64,000 bases of DNA from Candidatus Parcubacteria bacterium (lineage in GTDB: Bacteria; Patescibacteriota; Patescibacteriia; CAIXNZ01): positions 17,519 through 81,518 of the forward strand of contig JAPLYG010000009.1 in assembly GCA_026395685.1 (NCBI GenBank). Reading direction: 5' to 3'. The translations under genes were made by a program, and so were the position numbers. The notes below the pieces were generated by a model that saw only the letters and a program-made list of their open reading frames with translations, was not told the DNA's origin and did not search any database. Positions 60,201 to 64,000 of this stretch are shown here, one piece after another (position 1 is the first letter of the stretch; each line of letters opens with the position of its first letter).

Positions 60201-63200
60201 GGCAAGTATTTTAATTCAGGCTCTTTTTGAGATTCTTTCGCCTTATCAAACATTTCAATTGCTTCTTTGGGCAAAGGTTCGGGTTTGACATTGGGATCGT
60301 ATTTAACATAAATTGTTTCGTCTTTAGGATAGTTGTCATAGCGGACAGGACGGCCCAGAAAGTCGCGCTTAACCTTGTTTGCGGATTTTTCATTACTGCT
60401 TGCCTCCTTGATATCCGTAGATCCGTAGCCAATCTGTAGATTAGTAACAATATCAACGCCAGGCAGAGTTTCCAGAAAACCGCCGACTGCCTGACCAACA
60501 GAAGCTAACGGATTGCCAATAAGGGTTGCGGGTGTACTGGATTCTTCGTCCCGCGCCGCGGGACTCTGAATGACAGTGGGTGGTGCGGCAATCAAGGATT
60601 CTTCGTCCCGCTCCGCGGGACTCTGAATGACAGAGGAGGTCGCCATCATCAATCCTTCGCCGTAGTCGCCCTCATCAGGACTTGCCGTTATTTTCTCTTT
60701 CAAACGATACAGCTTGGCCTCGTCATAGTCATTGAATGTTTTCACTCCATTGGCGTTTTCCTGGTACGCGACCTGCTCCAAAGGCGAATAATCATAATCG
60801 CTCACAATATCGCTAAACGACTCTTCGCCATCAGGCTTGCTCTGCACTTTTTCCAAAAGACCTGCAGTATTGTAAACATACTGAACTTCATCGTCATTGG
60901 GATAGGTAATCAAAATCTGGTTTCCCTGGCGATCATAGCCATACTCGGTCAAATAATTCGTAGAATCAATATTTTTATTCTCGGTCTTAACCCCGCCTAA
61001 AGCATTGTAAGTATAAGTTGTCACAACATCAGCTGTTGTCGCCGTGTACAATCTGCCAATCCCGTCAGTGCCGGTGTCATAAACATAAGCCACTTCGGTT
61101 CCGCTTTGGCCCGTGTAATTCTCGGTTAAAACGCGGTTGATGTCGTCATACGACCAGTTGACTGTCTGGTTTTTCGGATCTACGCGCGAAGTTAAATTTC
61201 CCGAATCATCATAGCCGTATGTCCATTCGCCGAAAGTCTCGTCTTCAGGATCATGCAAATCTTCGGCTGTGAGCCTCCTGCCAAGTCCGTCATAAGTGAA
61301 ATTGCGAATATTGTCCTGCGAATCTTCAATTTGAGTTAAATTGCCCAAGCCATTATAGGCGTAATTTGTGGTATAAGTATTAGCGCCATTATGTTCGTCA
61401 ACCTGGATTAAATTGTCATAAGCGTCCTTGTACAAATCCTTGACATTGCTTTCCGCGTCAGTAATCGTCAGTTTCCAGTCATCATAGGTATTGGTCGTTG
61501 TTCCAACCGCGTTGGTCGCTGTTAAAACCCTTTGCAAGGGATCATAAGTGTAGGAAGTATATAACGCCGTATCAGTGGTCGCCGTTGTCTGAGCTGAACC
61601 TGTGGAAAAGTACGGCAAAGATTCCTTGTCTAAAAGACCAACGTCATTGTAAGCGTAATCTTTGGCTGAATAAGTATTTGAAGCCTCAGACTCTTTACGC
61701 TCCTGAATTTTCCTGCCAAATCCGTCAAGATAAGTGTAAATATCAAAACTGGTTGAAGAATCAAGATTATTTGTCTGCTGAACTTTGGTTGGCACAGTGT
61801 TATCGGTATAAGTGTATTCTGTTTTAATAACCAAAGTGCTCGGAGTAGACAGATAAGGCTGTTTTTCCTGCTTTACCCTATCCAAAGCGTCATAGACCGT
61901 CTGGAATACCCGGCTGTTGGGATCAGTCACTTGCGTCGGCTTACCCAAAGAATAATCATATTCATAATCCGTATCCTGGTCTAAAGCATTTGTTACTGTG
62001 GCAGGATATAAATTATATGTGTCATAAGTATAATCAGTTGTCTTGTCCTGCGGATCTTTTTCTTGAGTTACTAATCCGTACGCATTATATGTTTTTTCAA
62101 TATCAATATAGCTTGTGCCTGACTTCCACATTTCCTGCTTTGTTAAATTGCCTTCGTCAACATTGCCCAAAGTTAAACTATCATAATAATATTTAGTTTC
62201 TTTAACTTTATTGGAACTCTGGTCAATTGTAGTTTCCTGGCTGGGCAAGCCAATAACATCACTGCCGGTAGTGGCGGCATAATCAATGTCAGTAGTATAT
62301 TTATCAGACCCCGTATCCGTGAATGTTCCATTTGAATTGCCGGAAACTTCGCCCCAGGTTATTTTCTGGGTCAGATTGCCGTTATCATTGTCATATGCAT
62401 AAGTCTCGGCCGTGTCCTTATGGCTGGTATTCCCGTCAAAAGCAAAGCCGATTGTCTGGGTCTGCTTCACAAAGTCCCTGTCATCACCCAAATCGTAATT
62501 TTCCCATTTATTGACGCTAAAACGGAAAAGATTGGCGCTGTCATCATAGATTTCCGTGCGGTACGGCTTGCCGATTTTTGACGCGTCATCCAAATACTCG
62601 CCGTTGCCAGTATCAGTACCATTGCCCTGATGGAAAAAAGTCATAGCTACATTGCCGTCTCCATCAACTTTGGCAATCTGATTAAAGCCTGCGAATTTGC
62701 GGTTCAGATAGTCTTCATAATAATAATCCCCGCCGACATAAAAATACGATTCAGATGAGAGATTATCAAAACTGTCGTTGTATTCAATATAGTTTACTGT
62801 CTGGACAGCAAAAGGCAGGTCAGGATTTTGCAAACTGTCATTTTCAATATATTGTGGCGAGGCTTTATAGGTTACGCTAAACTCTCCGCCTTTGGCATTG
62901 GTTGATTCGGAAAGTAAGTCGGCTTTAAACCCCATATTCAACACGACCCCGCCACCTATAGTCGGAGGTGGGTTACTATTTTTATAACCATATATAATAT
63001 CGGGCAAACTATCTCCATTAATGTCTGAAATATGTACACCATTACCATTGCTATTATTGAGAACTCCTCCGAACAGAGGGATATAACTTGTATTCTGTTG
63101 TAACCATCCGTGCCCTGTATTTATAAATACTCTATGTATACCTGGGGAAGAAAGATAAAGTGATTGGACTAAATCGGTCAGGCCATCCCCATTTACATCA

Positions 63201-64000
63201 GCCGCACGAACACCATTATCAATCGGATAAGCATACCAGTCTGCCCAATCCTCATAAAAAATAACTGGAGCTATTAAATTTTCATCCTCTATCCAACCTC
63301 CGTTACCGTCATTAATATATGTGGCCTGCTCAATCCGATCCAATTCCGGATGTTCATACATTGCGTGCCAATACCAAGAACGCATGACATCCTCTAAACC
63401 ATCTCCGTTAAAATCCGCAATAATTGTCCCACTTCTTAAATCAGCTGGCGGGACTAGATTTGTTTGGATTGCCCATGTATTATCGCCATTGTTTAGTGAA
63501 ACTGATCCTGAAATTGGATCATCGGGCTGCCAACCTGTTGGTTTATATCCTTGAATAATATCTGGCAGACCATCTCCATTTATTTCCGCAAAAAATGTCC
63601 CATGAGATAACAATGATTGTGCACTGCCAAAAGTAGGTATATAATCAATATTTTGCATTGACCAGCCAGTACCTGTATTAAAATATATTTTATGGATACT
63701 TGATGGCGAAGCACCTAAAGACTGGACCAAATCAGTTAAGCCGTCACCATTAACATCAGCCGCCCTAACTCCATTATCATATGGCCAGCCATTCCAGACT
63801 TCATCATAATAAAAAATTAGAGGCGGAGCTAATTCTTCACTTTCAATCCAACCGCCATGTCCGTCATTAAGATATGTTGCAATCTCATCAGGATCTTCAT
63901 TCTGAGGACTATATGATCTTAAAATGTCAGGCAAACCATCGCCATTAACATCGGCTACAATTACACCCTTGCGTAAATCACAAGGTGGATACCAGTCTTC
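57290..64000 (-). CDS. Giant Rhs/YD-repeat protein (5' partial): FG-GAP repeats, TcdB midN-like region, YD shell with inserted CBM4/9-like domains, Rhs core, variable tip
   Basis: DVNGDGLPD repeats, RKFAGF, YD repeats, NSGFEDG/DPSFE CBM starts, YFGARYY...RF.SEDP, YVDPTGE; frame open to the window edge. Confidence 0.9.
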   Translation of the reverse strand, partial: EDWYPPCDLRKGVIVADVNGDGLPDILRSYSPQNEDPDEIATYLNDGHGGWIESEELAPPLIFYYDEVWNGWPYDNGVRAADVNGDGLTDLVQSLGASPSSIHKIYFNTGTGWSMQNIDYIPTFGSAQSLLSHGTFFAEINGDGLPDIIQGYKPTGWQPDDPISGSVSLNNGDNTWAIQTNLVPPADLRSGTIIADFNGDGLEDVMRSWYWHAMYEHPELDRIEQATYINDGNGGWIEDENLIAPVIFYEDWADWYAYPIDNGVRAADVNGDGLTDLVQSLYLSSPGIHRVFINTGHGWLQQNTSYIPLFGGVLNNSNGNGVHISDINGDSLPDIIYGYKNSNPPPTIGGGVVLNMGFKADLLSESTNAKGGEFSVTYKASPQYIENDSLQNPDLPFAVQTVNYIEYNDSFDNLSSESYFYVGGDYYYEDYLNRKFAGFNQIAKVDGDGNVAMTFFHQGNGTDTGNGEYLDDASKIGKPYRTEIYDDSANLFRFSVNKWENYDLGDDRDFVKQTQTIGFAFDGNTSHKDTAETYAYDNDNGNLTQKITWGEVSGNSNGTFTDTGSDKYTTDIDYAATTGSDVIGLPSQETTIDQSSNKVKETKYYYDSLTLGNVDEGNLTKQEMWKSGTSYIDIEKTYNAYGLVTQEKDPQDKTTDYTYDTYNLYPATVTNALDQDTDYEYDYSLGKPTQVTDPNSRVFQTVYDALDRVKQEKQPYLSTPSTLVIKTEYTYTDNTVPTKVQQTNNLDSSTSFDIYTYLDGFGRKIQERKESEASNTYSAKDYAYNDVGLLDKESLPYFSTGSAQTTATTDTALYTSYTYDPLQRVLTATNAVGTTTNTYDDWKLTITDAESNVKDLYKDAYDNLIQVDEHNGANTYTTNYAYNGLGNLTQIEDSQDNIRNFTYDGLGRRLTAEDLHDPEDETFGEWTYGYDDSGNLTSRVDPKNQTVNWSYDDINRVLTENYTGQSGTEVAYVYDTGTDGIGRLYTATTADVVTTYTYNALGGVKTENKNIDSTNYLTEYGYDRQGNQILITYPNDDEVQYVYNTAGLLEKVQSKPDGEESFSDIVSDYDYSPLEQVAYQENANGVKTFNDYDEAKLYRLKEKITASPDEGDYGEGLMMATSSVIQSPAERDEESLIAAPPTVIQSPAARDEESSTPATLIGNPLASVGQAVGGFLETLPGVDIVTNLQIGYGSTDIKEASSNEKSANKVKRDFLGRPVRYDNYPKDETIYVKYDPNVKPEPLPKEAIEMFDKAKESQKEPELKYLPQGMIDFLEKQKESLGENMLLSVNPPDPSTDLLSEDLWKSANILYNSGFEDGFDSWNWQNELDATHTEDCTVSHSGSCSEKVIVSTTGEPWEVHVGQSVKLLAGKNYTWKFWAKASTATEFFIQAYQNHSPWTQQGIYRTIEAGTDWQEYSYTFTVAVDDENSIITFHLGDNAGTYWIDDVSLTPDDLNMITDPSFENWGNTWYFTSKGYPDGTGTNAIDDTESYDGNSCDKVTVTTGGGYWEVSLAQPISVVEDQTYILTFYAHSENYDPRTARAAITLNYNPFSEISSVVPFDTVWNNGEFAKFQIELTPNVTESDARLIFYLGEETSWIKLDQVRLWPQQATKISDTTPELSAIYDDPDTGDSATDYQIQVIKYDGNWNDPIWDSGKTAFTNSVDEGDRSEDISYGGDALMLDGMKYYWRIKLWDESDNEGEWTNGNDYFVMAGKRIQDLAYTYDDVGNITEIVDQSETNTRKNAAYAYDDLYRLTSATITDSATEDDYTQTFTYDSLGNILSKSDVGDYEYNGNTGSLYANPHAVTDFTDLGVEVSYDNNGNMDAETLGAYTVFEADWDYNNRMATSDGIWATPASYGYDHAGQRIIKDIDSGSEIIVYPNKYFDKKIVGEDETITENVYANNQLVLTITDDGTNRNEYYVHDDHLTSSSVMTKDDGDVEQVVDYYPFGNMRFNEQSDPENGSFDQRKKFTQKEIETDSSGLQYFGARYYSGEAGRFVSEDPMFLDMGTDLRKKYGKKSFDILIDPQSLNSYSYVANRPFVYVDPTGEGPVGIFTILNVSLTNNFVKNNLNMQSGDSNIQGLNKIYNYANNLTGGNTEETLYVMMEATRTSFNSADVNNKDRKERIFDLPSGLFGQYTTDTFLDNTDKLQHFFASALLSYMFGPETVNVLGNLVENWEIIFTSGREKYDFNDIQANQLGAQFGQLLKENPNASLSDFLNSNNSIENVQKVGSLNLD
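60540..60633. repeat. Two 37-nt in-frame REP-like direct repeats in Rhs
   Basis: GATTCTTCGTCCCGC(G/T)CCGCGGGACTCTGAATGACAG at 60540 and 60597. Confidence 0.85.

Noticed and set aside
63932-63934. Rhs start codon as given in the ORF track
   Set aside because: It is a TTG inside a DGLPD repeat; the frame stays open to 64000.

Overview
Low-GC bacterial chromosomal segment, very likely Patescibacteria/CPR (Parcubacteria-like; this is inferred from the gene set and the near absence of Shine-Dalgarno motifs). Almost all genes lie on the - strand. Core content: mgtA, rpoD-dnaG, a glycosyltransferase/flippase/O-antigen-ligase cluster, hrcA-grpE-dnaK-dnaJ with a CIRCE, an AbrB-led MacAB-type ABC exporter, murF-ftsI, queH, rarA, rpmG, tpiA, glyQS with a T-box, frr, holB and five tRNAs. 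The right end holds a polymorphic-toxin locus: a giant Rhs/YD protein, a putative immunity gene, a frameshifted barstar, an orphan Rhs fragment and an IS200/IS605 tnpA. The most unusual signals are non-coding. (1) Four of five tRNA genes are flanked by tRNA relics; four of the five relics are split by GC-rich palindromic inserts (mostly exactly 30 nt) in the D, anticodon or T arm. Related palindromes sit in-frame in DnaK, the O-antigen ligase and the Rhs protein, and supply the queH stop codon. (2) An orphan, highly structured ~345-nt RNA has its own promoter and terminator (14677-15023). (3) A minimal Gly T-box has an ultrashort Stem I. (4) Several families of ~90-130-nt, 6-7-nt-periodic inverted repeats occupy gene junctions. 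(5) One gene 3' end has a synonymously recoded duplicate. All functional calls come from motif recognition by eye; no database searches or folding computations were run.
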